A stretch of DNA of 64,000 nucleotides, taken from the NCBI GenBank assembly GCA_001789555.1, contig MFZZ01000042.1, positions 11,244 through 75,243 on the forward strand. The letters are read 5' to 3'. Shown here piece by piece: positions 43,051 to 52,811 of this stretch. How positions within the stretch are numbered: the first letter of the stretch is position 1; each line of letters opens with the position of its first letter. This DNA is from Candidatus Roizmanbacteria bacterium RIFCSPHIGHO2_12_FULL_38_13 (GTDB lineage: Bacteria > Patescibacteriota > Microgenomatia > UBA1406 > GWC2-37-13). A model generated the notes under the pieces. The model worked only from the letters and a program-made list of their open reading frames with translations. It did not search any database and was not told where the DNA came from. A program made the translations under genes and the position numbers.

Positions 43051-44060
43051 ATTTACTTAGAAGTTTACGGAATAGATTATTTCTGTGGTATGTAGGAAGC
43101 CTCCTTCTTTTCTCGGTCTTTTTTTATATCGTTGTTCATATACTCGATATTCATTATGGTATTGAAATAGTCTTTATTTTGTTTTTTCTTTTGGCATGTA
43201 TCGGCTTTTTTATTATTTATAAAATAACCGATGCTTTGACGTATTTAACTGAAAAAATAAAAGAAATATCACGTGAAACTTTAGGACAAAGAATCACGGG
43301 AATACGCAGTGAAGATGAAATAGGAGAACTTGCAACTGCATTTAATAACCTTCTTGATAGGCTTGATGGCGCATTTAAACGGGAACAGCAGTTTATCGCG
43401 GATGTCGCACACGAACTCAAAACTCCTCTTGCCACTTTGAGAAGTACATTGGAGGTATCTTTATCAAAAGATCGAAATCGTCAAGAATACAAAAAAGTTA
43501 TTACCGATGCTATCTCTGAAACAAATCATCTTTCATCGACTTTAAATAATGTTTTAAGCCTCGCCTGGTCAGAAACACCGCAAGAGCAAAAACATATGAC
43601 TAAGATCAACCTTAGTGTATTGCTTACGGAGCTGGTAGATATTGCGGAAAAACTGGCTTCACAAAAAAAACAAATCGTCAAATTTCAGATTAAGCAGGAG
43701 GTTTATATTCAAGGTAACAAAGAAAAACTTGCACGGGCGCTTGTTAACATTATTGATAATGCCGTTAAATATACCCTGCCAAAAGGCGAAATTTTAGTAA
43801 AGCTCAAAGTAGAAGATAAACATGCTCTTATTATTTTTGCCGATAATGGACGGGGAATTTTAAAAAAAGATATTCCCCATATTTTTGATCGTTTTTATCG
43901 CGGGTCTGCGACGGATAAAGTTTTTGGTTCAGGTATCGGGCTTTCAATCACGCAGTCCATTATAAAAGCTCATCACGGAGATATTTTAGTACAAAGTACC
44001 GTGGGGAAAGGGACGAAGTTTATTATTACTTTACCATTTTTCAACCCGCTATCCTCCTAA
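43047..44060 (+). CDS. sensor histidine kinase
   Basis: Two transmembrane segments, HAMP, H-box FIADVAHELKTPL, N-box IIDNAVKY, and G-boxes DNGRGI and GSGIGL. Confidence 0.9.
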   Translation: MNLLRSLRNRLFLWYVGSLLLFSVFFYIVVHILDIHYGIEIVFILFFLLACIGFFIIYKITDALTYLTEKIKEISRETLGQRITGIRSEDEIGELATAFNNLLDRLDGAFKREQQFIADVAHELKTPLATLRSTLEVSLSKDRNRQEYKKVITDAISETNHLSSTLNNVLSLAWSETPQEQKHMTKINLSVLLTELVDIAEKLASQKKQIVKFQIKQEVYIQGNKEKLARALVNIIDNAVKYTLPKGEILVKLKVEDKHALIIFADNGRGILKKDIPHIFDRFYRGSATDKVFGSGIGLSITQSIIKAHHGDILVQSTVGKGTKFIITLPFFNPLSS

Positions 44061-45098
44061 ATATATCTTAAAAAATTCAACAGTATCCTGCATAGCCTGG
44101 GAAAAATTTGCACCTGAAATATTGTGACCTCCACTTGGATATTCGTGTAGCTCATGGGGAACATTTGTGTCATCAAGCAATCCTATGAAATCTCGACTAA
44201 AGCCGATATTTACTACGGGATCGTCCATAGCATGAAATATACCGATCGCACCCTGAAGATCAGAAAGATAGTTAGTCGGCACAAAGCTTTTCCAAAAAGT
44301 GTTTTCAGGATCAAAATCACCATAGGTGTCAAAAAGACGTTGTCTTGATCTTAGACTTTTTGCTGTGCTTGGCAAAGGTACATAGCTTGAGTCATTAATA
44401 GTATATTTTTCCCAATCGGAGTAGGTATACACTGCCCCGGCCCAGATGGCGATGGCCGGTATCTCCGGTTGTGCTGCAAAACTGCGCATTACCACATTGC
44501 CGGACATGCTGTGTCCCCAGAGTCCGATTTTTTTGGGGTTGACAAAATCGGTCGACTGTAATGCTGCACGGGCATTAAGTGTATCGACTATATAATCTGC
44601 TGAATAATATGCTCCACCAGGTTCGCCTTCGGACTCACCATGACCTCGCAGATCGATTTTAAAAACCACAAATCCGTTTCGGGCAAGAAAATCAACATAG
44701 TCATAATATTTTTCCGTAGTTTTGTATTGTGAGGGTGGTATATAGCCGTGAACAAAAACTATAGCGGGAAATCCATCATCTGGCATTTGGCTTGTCGGTC
44801 TAGTTAGAAGTCCGTTTATTTTCAATCCGTCAGAGTCGTAGCTAGTAAGATAAGCAGTATAGTTTGAGGCATCATAAGTTTTTGTTAGCTTTGCGATCTC
44901 ACTTTCGTAATCTCTGCTGCGAAGATAAGGGATTGTTAGTTCTTCAAAAGGAAAGGGAGTAGGAGAGGGTAGAATGTTTTTTAAAGGAGATTCAATATTG
45001 GATAGTAATGATTGGGAAGATTTATTTTTTAATAAAAAGTAAGTTCCTGATAAAGAAATGACGACTACTATGGCGACTAAAATAAACTTATTGTTCAT
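44049..45098 (-). CDS. secreted alpha/beta hydrolase (S9/dienelactone-hydrolase-like)
   Basis: Signal anchor, nucleophile elbow GHSMSG, and C-terminal GGHN. Confidence 0.7.
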   Translation of the reverse strand: MNNKFILVAIVVVISLSGTYFLLKNKSSQSLLSNIESPLKNILPSPTPFPFEELTIPYLRSRDYESEIAKLTKTYDASNYTAYLTSYDSDGLKINGLLTRPTSQMPDDGFPAIVFVHGYIPPSQYKTTEKYYDYVDFLARNGFVVFKIDLRGHGESEGEPGGAYYSADYIVDTLNARAALQSTDFVNPKKIGLWGHSMSGNVVMRSFAAQPEIPAIAIWAGAVYTYSDWEKYTINDSSYVPLPSTAKSLRSRQRLFDTYGDFDPENTFWKSFVPTNYLSDLQGAIGIFHAMDDPVVNIGFSRDFIGLLDDTNVPHELHEYPSGGHNISGANFSQAMQDTVEFFKIYLGG

Positions 45099-46167
45099 CG
45101 TTGTTTATATCGCCCTTCACATACTTATCAAAAAAATCAATAGAGTGTTGTATTGCAGTATTGAAGTTAGCACTTATATTATGATCATCACCGGGATAGG
45201 TGAAAAGTTCCACTGTTTTTCCGGCAGCTTTCATCTGTTTTTCAAGAGTTTCTGAAAAGGCAACGGGTACAGAAGTATCTGCCGTACCATGATGAAGTTG
45301 GATCGGGCCCGCGACATCTGCAAGATAACTAGTTGCTGATATTGAGTTCCAAAATTCAGGATTCTTTTCTGGAGAGCCATATTCATTTATTAAACTCTGT
45401 CGCCAGCCGCCTCTGGTACTTCTAGTTGGGAATGGAGTAGTAGTTGTTTGATTTCTTCGTCGCCAGTTATTTATAAGATCTGCGTACGATCCTACAACTC
45501 CTGCCCAGATCACTCCGGCTTTGACATCTTTATTTACCACCATGGCCCGAAGTGTAATATGTCCGCCCATTGAATGTCCCCACATACCAATTCTTCGCGG
45601 ATCGGCATCTTTGTATTTTTTCATTGAAGCGACAGCATTAAGAATATCTATTGTGTAGCCATTGGAACCATAGCTGCCAGATGCTTGACCTTCGGAGTTG
45701 CCATGACCTCGATAATCAGACCTTAAAACTATATAGCCGTTTCTTGAAAAACCATCTGTGTATGCAATATAACGTTCGGTTGTTCGATATTCGGATGGTG
45801 CGATATAACCATGGTTAAATATGACAACAGGCCAGCCATTTTCGGGTTTTTCTCCATTTGGCACAGTGAGCAATGCATAAATTTTTAAACCCTCGGATTT
45901 ATATGATGCAATATGGCGGCTGTAATTTGAACCTGGATCAAGTATCTGTTCGATAGTAATTTCACTTCCCGGATATTCTCCTTTTCGCAGACTCTCGATA
46001 GATAGAGGATGAGGCAGATCTTTTTCGACGAGCCCTGCTTTGTCACGTTCATCAATCTGCTCAATGTCATTATTTAAAATATTTGGCTTATTGCCTTTAT
46101 ACAAGCTTAAAAAAGAAATTCCGACGACAAAAATAATGACGATTAACAGTAATATTTTTTTGTTCAT
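45088..46167 (-). CDS. secreted alpha/beta hydrolase, paralog of 44049-45098
   Basis: GHSMGG elbow, and blocks LKI.ALLT.P / PVVIFNHGYI / YRGHGNSEG shared with its neighbour. Start moved to MNKKILLL. Confidence 0.7.
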   Translation of the reverse strand: MNKKILLLIVIIFVVGISFLSLYKGNKPNILNNDIEQIDERDKAGLVEKDLPHPLSIESLRKGEYPGSEITIEQILDPGSNYSRHIASYKSEGLKIYALLTVPNGEKPENGWPVVIFNHGYIAPSEYRTTERYIAYTDGFSRNGYIVLRSDYRGHGNSEGQASGSYGSNGYTIDILNAVASMKKYKDADPRRIGMWGHSMGGHITLRAMVVNKDVKAGVIWAGVVGSYADLINNWRRRNQTTTTPFPTRSTRGGWRQSLINEYGSPEKNPEFWNSISATSYLADVAGPIQLHHGTADTSVPVAFSETLEKQMKAAGKTVELFTYPGDDHNISANFNTAIQHSIDFFDKYVKGDINNDEQ

Positions 46168-46218
46168 AGCGATTTTAATATGATACACAAATAGACTACT
46201 ATAGTACAATACTTATGT

Positions 46219-47139
46219 ATGTCACGTAAGAAATTCAGGCCCTCCGACTCGGAGGGTAAACCCCATATTGAACACCTTAAATCCAAGTGGCTCAAGCGTC
46301 ATCAAAAACTCAAAGAAAAACTTTGGAAAAAACATGGTCACTCGCTGATGTGGATATACAAATCTACACATAACCTCATGGTTGGCGGCACGGCAAGTTT
46401 GCTCATGCTTTCACATCCTGTTGCCTCAACATTAATGAAACAAGGTTTACCCATATTCAATGACCAGAATAAAACCCAGGTCGAAGAAAAGACGTCACAT
46501 ACTTCTCAACAGTTAGTAACTTCTTTAGCGGGCTTGTTGCCAAATGCCGTGCAACCTTTATCACAAGAACAAGAGTTTGCTGTTGCAAATCTTTTAACTA
46601 CTTATTTTCGCGTTCCAATTTCTGCAGAACTTCAAGGAATAAGACTCAATCGTAGTTACGGATATATAGGATTGGAGCAACATCTTAGCCGATATACAGG
46701 AGATACGGTAGGGACTCATTTTGACAGTGACGATGAGGTCCAACGTTTCGCCGCCTCCGGTATGGCTCCCGGTCGTGGTGCTTGGGGTTATTTTGCTGAT
46801 TCGGCGGAAACATTAACATCTGCCGATAAGCAGAGTGAAAAGTACTATATTGCGGCGCAAACATTCTTAGCTCCCGGATGGCTGGAAAGAACCCATAAAC
46901 TTTATGATTTTTTCAAATATAGAAAAATGATCGTTGTCAATCCTGATAACGGTAAAGCCATTGTCGTCGTCATTGGCGATGCGGGCCCTGCCGAATTTAC
47001 GGGAAAACATCTGGGCGGTTCACCCGAAGTTATGTCCTATTTGAAACGAGAAGATGGAGTGAGGAAAAACGGAGTTTTGTATTTTTTTATTGACGATCCG
47101 GACAACAATGTTCCGCTTGGTCCTATTCAGGTACAATAA
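46219..47139 (+). CDS. hypothetical secreted protein (C-terminus possibly RlpA/DPBB-like)
   Basis: 306 aa. AIVVVIGDAGPAEFTGKHLGGSPEVMSYL resembles the double-psi beta-barrel core. Weak call. Confidence 0.4.
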   Translation: MSRKKFRPSDSEGKPHIEHLKSKWLKRHQKLKEKLWKKHGHSLMWIYKSTHNLMVGGTASLLMLSHPVASTLMKQGLPIFNDQNKTQVEEKTSHTSQQLVTSLAGLLPNAVQPLSQEQEFAVANLLTTYFRVPISAELQGIRLNRSYGYIGLEQHLSRYTGDTVGTHFDSDDEVQRFAASGMAPGRGAWGYFADSAETLTSADKQSEKYYIAAQTFLAPGWLERTHKLYDFFKYRKMIVVNPDNGKAIVVVIGDAGPAEFTGKHLGGSPEVMSYLKREDGVRKNGVLYFFIDDPDNNVPLGPIQVQ

Positions 47140-47143
47140 TTTT

Positions 47144-47476
47144 ATGAAAAACAAACATTTTTACACTGATATCGTTGAGGTTGATTCGATTTTTGTGGCA
47201 CTTGACAAAATGGATTTAACAAGCGAAGAGCTTTCACAGCTCAAAGAAATGGTGGAATCTCAAGTTCATCAGGTTGTTATCGATACGGTTTTGTCACAAC
47301 TTTCCGAAAAAGATCAAAAATTTTTTCTCATGCATCTCGCCCATGGACGACATGATGAGATTTTGCAACATCTAAAAAAGAACATAGAAAAAGTTGAAGA
47401 AAAGATAATAAAGGCGGTTGATGAGCTGAAAAATGATCTTCACGCAGACATCAAGGAATCGAGACAAAAGAAATGA
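47144..47476 (+). CDS. hypothetical helical protein
   Basis: 110 aa from MKNKHFY. The upstream part of the listed ORF overlaps the previous gene. Confidence 0.4.
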   Translation: MKNKHFYTDIVEVDSIFVALDKMDLTSEELSQLKEMVESQVHQVVIDTVLSQLSEKDQKFFLMHLAHGRHDEILQHLKKNIEKVEEKIIKAVDELKNDLHADIKESRQKK

Positions 47477-47487
47477 ACACTCCGACT

Positions 47488-47530
47488 TTGCACAAAAAAT
47501 AAAAGTGCAATTATTTATTTTTTTTTAAGT
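47488..47530 (+). terminator. intrinsic terminator
   Basis: TTGCAC-loop-GTGCAA followed by a T-rich run (TTATTTATTTTTTTTT). Confidence 0.5.
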
Positions 47531-47675
47531 TTTCAGCTATTAAGCATTTCCTCAATCACAACATATGCTATTGGAATTGTTGTTTTTGCAATAGGTTTTG
47601 TAGCGGATTTATATAAAACTTTACAAACATGATAAATTTATTAATAAATAATTTGCTATAATCATTCCTAGATTT

Positions 47676-48377
47676 ATGAAACGTGTTCATCTTATTTTGA
47701 CCGGACTTACACTTACAATAGTTCTTCTTTCAATAAATCGTTTGTCCAATTTTACTCAAGGGTATTTGCAACCTTTTGAATTTTTGCGATGGCTTGATTT
47801 TAATGCCATGTTACCGATCCCGTTATTCAGCATAATCTTGTATTACCTGCTTAAACGAGAGATCGTTTATGAAAACGCATTTTTAAAAACTGGTAAATAC
47901 ATTCTGCTTATGGTGATACTCATCACAGGAATTTATTTCTTTGGTGCAGGTTCCGGAGATCACGAAGTCACAAATTATTTAAATTTCCGTTTCTGTGATC
48001 AAGGGAAAGTTAATTCACCAATTTGTAATATCATCAAATACAACGACGATGAGTTCAGTCATTACGTTTACTATGTCGGTTTTATTCTCATGAATGTTGC
48101 CTTGATGCTCATCGAATATAATCTTCCTCGCAAAAATGGAGTCACAAAGAAGGATCTTATTTTAATTGCTGTCAACAGTTTATTTATAGCACTGGGAATT
48201 TTTGCAAATTTGGCTTTTGAAGAAATTGGACTCGATCTTGTCTTTTTTGGTAGCGTAATGCTTTTATCAATTTATTTACTTTTACAAAAATCATATAAAA
48301 GATTACCGATCACATTTTATTTTGCGGTAGCGTACACATTTGGAGTTGTTGGGACATTGTTTTATAAAATAATTTAA
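47676..48377 (+). CDS. polytopic membrane protein
   Basis: 233 aa with about six hydrophobic segments. Confidence 0.5.
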   Translation: MKRVHLILTGLTLTIVLLSINRLSNFTQGYLQPFEFLRWLDFNAMLPIPLFSIILYYLLKREIVYENAFLKTGKYILLMVILITGIYFFGAGSGDHEVTNYLNFRFCDQGKVNSPICNIIKYNDDEFSHYVYYVGFILMNVALMLIEYNLPRKNGVTKKDLILIAVNSLFIALGIFANLAFEEIGLDLVFFGSVMLLSIYLLLQKSYKRLPITFYFAVAYTFGVVGTLFYKII

Positions 48378-48393
48378 ATTGAATTTAAAAAAA

Positions 48394-48422
48394 CCAGACA
48401 CATTTTCAGCTAAAGTGTCTGG
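48394..48422. terminator. bidirectional terminator hairpin between convergent genes
   Basis: CCAGACAC-13 nt-GTGTCTGG, preceded by an A-run and followed by TTAATTT. Confidence 0.55.
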
Positions 48423-48443
48423 TTAATTTACTACACGTCGTCC

Positions 48444-48923
48444 TCATTTTGCAAAACCGTGGCCGAATCCGCGACCTCCCTTAAATCCGAAAAACAGATC
48501 TAAGTTTATGCCGTTCTTTTCAGCCCAAGATTTCATCTCTGCTTGTCGTTTTTCGTGTTCTGCTTTGCGTTCTTCTTGGGTCATATTTTGCCAAGTATCT
48601 CTGTTTTTTTCTCTTTCAGCTTGCATCTCTTCGTGTTTTTTTAGAACGAGCTGTTTTTGCTCTTCCGTAATCGTGCCATTTGTAACCGACTCATTCAGTC
48701 TCGTCTCCATGCGTTGCTGCATCTGCGCATGCATTTGGTTTCTGTGTTCTTGAAAAACAGCTTCAACATCAGCTTGCTCCAATCCGAATTTCTCAACAAT
48801 TTTTTGTATGAGTGATTGGAAAGGCGAGCCGTCATTGGTTTGCGCGTGAGCAGGAGTCGCGCTCAAGATTGAGACTCCGATTACTGTTGCCATAATTACC
48901 GGTAAGATGATTTTCTTTTTCAT
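48444..48923 (-). CDS. secreted coiled-coil protein (DUF2680-like)
   Basis: AGGGAGGTG Shine-Dalgarno before MKKKIILPV, a signal peptide, and charged EEQKQLVLKKHEEMQAEREK repeats. Confidence 0.5.
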   Translation of the reverse strand: MKKKIILPVIMATVIGVSILSATPAHAQTNDGSPFQSLIQKIVEKFGLEQADVEAVFQEHRNQMHAQMQQRMETRLNESVTNGTITEEQKQLVLKKHEEMQAEREKNRDTWQNMTQEERKAEHEKRQAEMKSWAEKNGINLDLFFGFKGGRGFGHGFAK

Positions 48924-48996
48924 GTTTATTTCACCTCCCTTCATTAATAGAAAATTTCTAATATGTTTACTTTACCCAACAAATCTGAAGAAAAGC

Positions 48997-50046
48997 TTAA
49001 GATGATCTATTTGTTTGCTTGATAGGAAGACGGACAATAAATGTAGTTTCTTGTTTTACTTTACTTTTAACACCGATTGAACCATGATGTATCTCAACAA
49101 TTTTTTTAGCAATCGATAATCCTAGACCGTATCCGTCATGTGAATTTTTTGTCCTTGCGATATCTGCTCTATAAAATCGCTCAAAAATGCGAGGAAGATC
49201 TTTATCATCAATACCTATTCCCTGATCTTTAACCTCAATTTCTATATATCCATCAGTTTTTTTAGAAATAATGCTGACCGATGTATTTACTTGACTATAT
49301 TTGACAGCATTATCGAGAAGTATCTTAAATAAGTCTTCTAAACTATATTTATTGCCTTTAATTTTTCTATCTTCGACATCGGTTTTTATCATGATGTTTT
49401 TCTTTTTAGCAATTGGTTTTATGTTACTTACGGCTTTATTTACAACATCGGAAATGAGTATTTGCTCAAATAGTGTATGTCCATTGGGGTTTTGATATTG
49501 GGCAAGCTGCAGAAGCGATTCGGAAAGTGACTGAAGTTTGTTTACCTCAACAATACTTTCTCCAATGATTGTCTTTGCGTCATTTAAATTTTTTTTCTTT
49601 CCACGCAAGAATACTTCCATTGCTGTTTTTAAGGATGTCAACGGTGTCTTAAGTTCATGAGAAGCATCTGAAATGAATCTATTTTGTTCATCCATCATGT
49701 CTTGGATAGGCTGCAGAGTTTTGCCGGCGAGAAAATATGAAAGAGCTCCTGCCATAAATAAAATACCTCCGTTTATTATCATGAGTGTCACAGCAACGCG
49801 CCGTTCAATTTCCTCGACAAGTTCCGGGTTCTCAATAAGTATTCTTAAAGGTCTGGAGTTATGATCGGCTTCGATTGGAAGATCAAAGTCACGAAGTCTT
49901 CTCTCAAATCCGTATCTTTGAGCTTGTTCAAAGCGATTGATTTCCCAAGTCAATTGATGATAGATCACAATACTGAAGGCTAAACTTACTGACATTATGA
50001 TTAGAAGATACCAGCCGGTAAGTTTGATTCGTGCGGAGTGAAACAT
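48997..50046 (-). CDS. sensor histidine kinase
   Basis: Two transmembrane segments, H-box FISDASHELKTPL, LLDNAVKY, DQGIGI and GYGLGL. Confidence 0.9.
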   Translation of the reverse strand: MFHSARIKLTGWYLLIIMSVSLAFSIVIYHQLTWEINRFEQAQRYGFERRLRDFDLPIEADHNSRPLRILIENPELVEEIERRVAVTLMIINGGILFMAGALSYFLAGKTLQPIQDMMDEQNRFISDASHELKTPLTSLKTAMEVFLRGKKKNLNDAKTIIGESIVEVNKLQSLSESLLQLAQYQNPNGHTLFEQILISDVVNKAVSNIKPIAKKKNIMIKTDVEDRKIKGNKYSLEDLFKILLDNAVKYSQVNTSVSIISKKTDGYIEIEVKDQGIGIDDKDLPRIFERFYRADIARTKNSHDGYGLGLSIAKKIVEIHHGSIGVKSKVKQETTFIVRLPIKQTNRSS

Positions 50047-50051
50047 TTTTA

Positions 50052-50726
50052 TTAAGGTGAAATTTTGTATCCAAAACCTCGTACTGTTTTGATCAAAGGT
50101 TTTTTATTTTTAAACGCAAAATCTATTTTCTTTCGTAAATTTCCAATATAAACCTCAACTGTGTTTGGGAGAATATCAGAGTCATAGTCCCACACATGAG
50201 TTATTATTTGATCTTTTGTCAAAATGCTTTCGGCATTTCTCATGAGGTACTCAAGTAGAGCAAACTCTTTGTTAGTCAGCGAAATTTTTCTGTGTTTGCG
50301 TACTACGTCATATCTTTGTGGATCAAGTTGAAGATCGGCTACAGTCAACATGTTACTTAGAGTTTTTTTGGGACGGCGTGTAAGAGCTCTTATTCGTGCA
50401 AGTAATTCTTCAAATGAAAACGGTTTTGTCAGGTAATCGTCAGCGCCTCCGTTGAGCCCAATAATTTTATCTTGGATCTGGCTTTTGGCAGTGAGCATCA
50501 GGATTGGAGTGTGAATTTTTTTTTCCCTCAATGCCCGACACAACTCAAGACCGTTCATACCGGGAAGCATGATATCAAGTAGAATTACGTCATACTCTTC
50601 GACTATGGCAAGATCATATCCTTCTGTACCGCTGTAAGCTATATCGGCAACATATCGTTCTTGCTCAAGCCCTTTTTTAATTGTAGCGGCAATGCGATGT
50701 TCGTCTTCGACAATGAGGATTCTCAT
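50052..50726 (-). CDS. OmpR-family response regulator
   Basis: ILIVEDE, DVILLDIMLPGMNG, LTAK, and C-terminal RGFGYKI. Confidence 0.9.
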   Translation of the reverse strand: MRILIVEDEHRIAATIKKGLEQERYVADIAYSGTEGYDLAIVEEYDVILLDIMLPGMNGLELCRALREKKIHTPILMLTAKSQIQDKIIGLNGGADDYLTKPFSFEELLARIRALTRRPKKTLSNMLTVADLQLDPQRYDVVRKHRKISLTNKEFALLEYLMRNAESILTKDQIITHVWDYDSDILPNTVEVYIGNLRKKIDFAFKNKKPLIKTVRGFGYKISP

Positions 50727-50784
50727 AACACCGTAAATTATACGATAGAACCTGAAGATTGGCTGAAAGTATTATAATCAAATT

Positions 50785-51048
50785 ATGGATGCAATAATCC
50801 GATTTTTGCAAAGATTCATTTATGACTTGTCACATGCGACAATTTTTGCCGCTATAGAATATGATGATAGGTTGAAAATGACGAAAACACCGACTCAAAG
50901 GATACTCATTTGGATAGTTATATCAATCATTGTCACTGGTATTGCGATTGGTCTGCTTTACTTAATTTGGCATCTACTTGATGCAATATCGGTTCCTGAT
51001 ATTTATTCCTCAACTATTAGTGTTCCTACCATTCCCATTGCTCTGTGA
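50785..51048 (+). CDS. possible small membrane protein
   Basis: 87 aa with one clear transmembrane segment. Its 3' end overlaps the convergent cupredoxin gene. Confidence 0.3.
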   Translation: MDAIIRFLQRFIYDLSHATIFAAIEYDDRLKMTKTPTQRILIWIVISIIVTGIAIGLLYLIWHLLDAISVPDIYSSTISVPTIPIAL

Positions 51049-51494
51049 TTGCCGATAGAGCAGTAATATTCAAACTCACCTGTCTCACTAGCTACAAATG
51101 TTACGGTGTCGGTTTCACCATCATTTATTTGTTTGGTGCGGGCATCAAATTCATCAATCACCCAATCATGTATACCTCCAGTATTATTTAGAATAATTTT
51201 AACAGTGTCGCCTTTTTTTACGCGGATTTCTGTTACATCATATTTAAAACTACTTGCATTAAGTGTAAATTCCTTGGTGCTTTCATCAGTTATAGCCGTA
51301 TCTTCAGTTTTTTCCATAGCTTCGTTTTCAGATTTTTCTTCTACTGCAGTTTCATTACTTTCTTTCTTAACCATAGCGTCATTTGTCGCCTCATCTGTGA
51401 TACCTGCACTTGGTGTTTGGTTATTCATATACAAGTAAGCGCCGACAGCAACTATAACAAGGACAATAATTCCGATCATAAGATATTTATTCAT
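51003..51494 (-). CDS. membrane-anchored cupredoxin (plastocyanin/azurin-like blue copper protein)
   Basis: Starts MNKYLMIGIIVL. Type-1 Cu ligand pattern: GGIHDW...YYCSIGNHRAMGM (H...C...H...M). Confidence 0.75.
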   Translation of the reverse strand: MNKYLMIGIIVLVIVAVGAYLYMNNQTPSAGITDEATNDAMVKKESNETAVEEKSENEAMEKTEDTAITDESTKEFTLNASSFKYDVTEIRVKKGDTVKIILNNTGGIHDWVIDEFDARTKQINDGETDTVTFVASETGEFEYYCSIGNHRAMGMVGTLIVEE

Positions 51495-51558
51495 GGATTT
51501 GTAAAAAATAATAAGTTTTTTTAGTATACAATAAAATTTGTAAGTAAAGTGTAAAAAA

Positions 51559-52281
51559 ATGAGTGGACTATTTTTTCTTGGTGCTTTTGTTGCCGAGATC
51601 ATTGGAACTATAGCAGGATTTGGTTCTTCAACAGTGTTTCTTCCTATAGCTCTGGTTTTTTTTGATTTCAAAACTGCCCTTACTCTCGTTGCCTTTTTCC
51701 ATTTATTTGGCAACTTGACGCGCATCGTTTACTTTCATAAAGGCATGGATATGAAGGTCTTTGTATTGTTTGCTATACCGAGTGTGATTGCTGCGTTTAT
51801 CGGGGCTTATCTTGTTAACTACCTTCCATATGAAATACTGAAAGGATTGCTTGGAATTTTTCTCATAATATACTCACTTTGGGCGCTTACCAACCATTAT
51901 TTAAAAATTAAAAATAAAACTCGTTCGACGATAATTGGCGGAGTCGTATCGGGTTTTATTGCCGGCCTTATCGGTACGGGTGGAGCAGTGCGTGGCGCAA
52001 TGTTGAATGCTTTGGTAAAAAACAAAAATAAATACATTGCGACTGCCGCTTCGGTCGCTTTTGTGGTTGATTTGACGCGAATTCCGATTTATATTGCTCA
52101 AGGGTATTTACGTGAAAACATGATGTGGTATTTGCTGGTACTTTTTGTGATTGCGCTTATCGGTTCATATTTAGGGAAAATCATTGTTGACCGTATACCT
52201 CAAAAAGGGTTTCGAGTGATTGTTCTTCTTGCCGTGCTTGCAGCGGGCACATATTTTGTCTATCAATGGATTTTTGTATAG
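51559..52281 (+). CDS. TauE/SafE-family (DUF81) anion exporter
   Basis: Eight hydrophobic segments, with the GFGSSTVFLP and GTGGAVRGAML repeat halves. Confidence 0.7.
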   Translation: MSGLFFLGAFVAEIIGTIAGFGSSTVFLPIALVFFDFKTALTLVAFFHLFGNLTRIVYFHKGMDMKVFVLFAIPSVIAAFIGAYLVNYLPYEILKGLLGIFLIIYSLWALTNHYLKIKNKTRSTIIGGVVSGFIAGLIGTGGAVRGAMLNALVKNKNKYIATAASVAFVVDLTRIPIYIAQGYLRENMMWYLLVLFVIALIGSYLGKIIVDRIPQKGFRVIVLLAVLAAGTYFVYQWIFV

Positions 52282-52313
52282 CTAAGTAATTTTTTTTTCG
52301 ATATCATTAAATT

Positions 52314-52811
52314 ATGAAAGAGTTATTGAATATGAGAAAATTTCAGCCGATCAAATTCTTTGCCGCGATAATCGTTTCATTCATGGCCGGAATAATCGGG
52401 TCAATTCCCACATTAAACTCGGTTAATACCTGGTACTCAACCTTAAACAAGCCTTTTTTCAACCCTCCTAATTGGGTTTTTGCACCGGTCTGGAATATTC
52501 TTTACCTTCTTATGGGAGTAGCCTTTTATATTATTCTTATCTCCAAACCAAAAGAGAAAGAAGCTAAGGACGATGCAGTGAAATTTTTTTTACTTCAGCT
52601 GTTATTAAACGCAATTTGGTCGATCATTTTTTTCGGTCTAAGACTTCCTCTTGTGGCTTTTTTTGAAATTGTTTTTTTATGGTTTATATTGTCGGTCACT
52701 ATCCGAAAATTTATTCGCATATCATCATTTGCAGCAGTTCTTCTTATTCCATATTTTCTCTGGGTGACGTTTGCGATGATGCTTAATGCGGCAATTGTAT
52801 TACTCAATTAG
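52314..52811 (+). CDS. tspO: TspO/MBR-family tryptophan-rich sensory protein
   Basis: WYSTLNKPFFNPPNWVFAPVWNILYLLMG and LLNAIWSIIFFG. Confidence 0.85.
   Translation: MKELLNMRKFQPIKFFAAIIVSFMAGIIGSIPTLNSVNTWYSTLNKPFFNPPNWVFAPVWNILYLLMGVAFYIILISKPKEKEAKDDAVKFFLLQLLLNAIWSIIFFGLRLPLVAFFEIVFLWFILSVTIRKFIRISSFAAVLLIPYFLWVTFAMMLNAAIVLLN

Noticed and set aside
51495-51725. The 240-aa version of ORF 51003-51725.
   Set aside because: The first 77 codons are Lys/Arg-rich and run antisense through the promoter and start region of the divergent TauE gene. The cupredoxin has a normal signal-anchor start at MNKYLMIG (51494).
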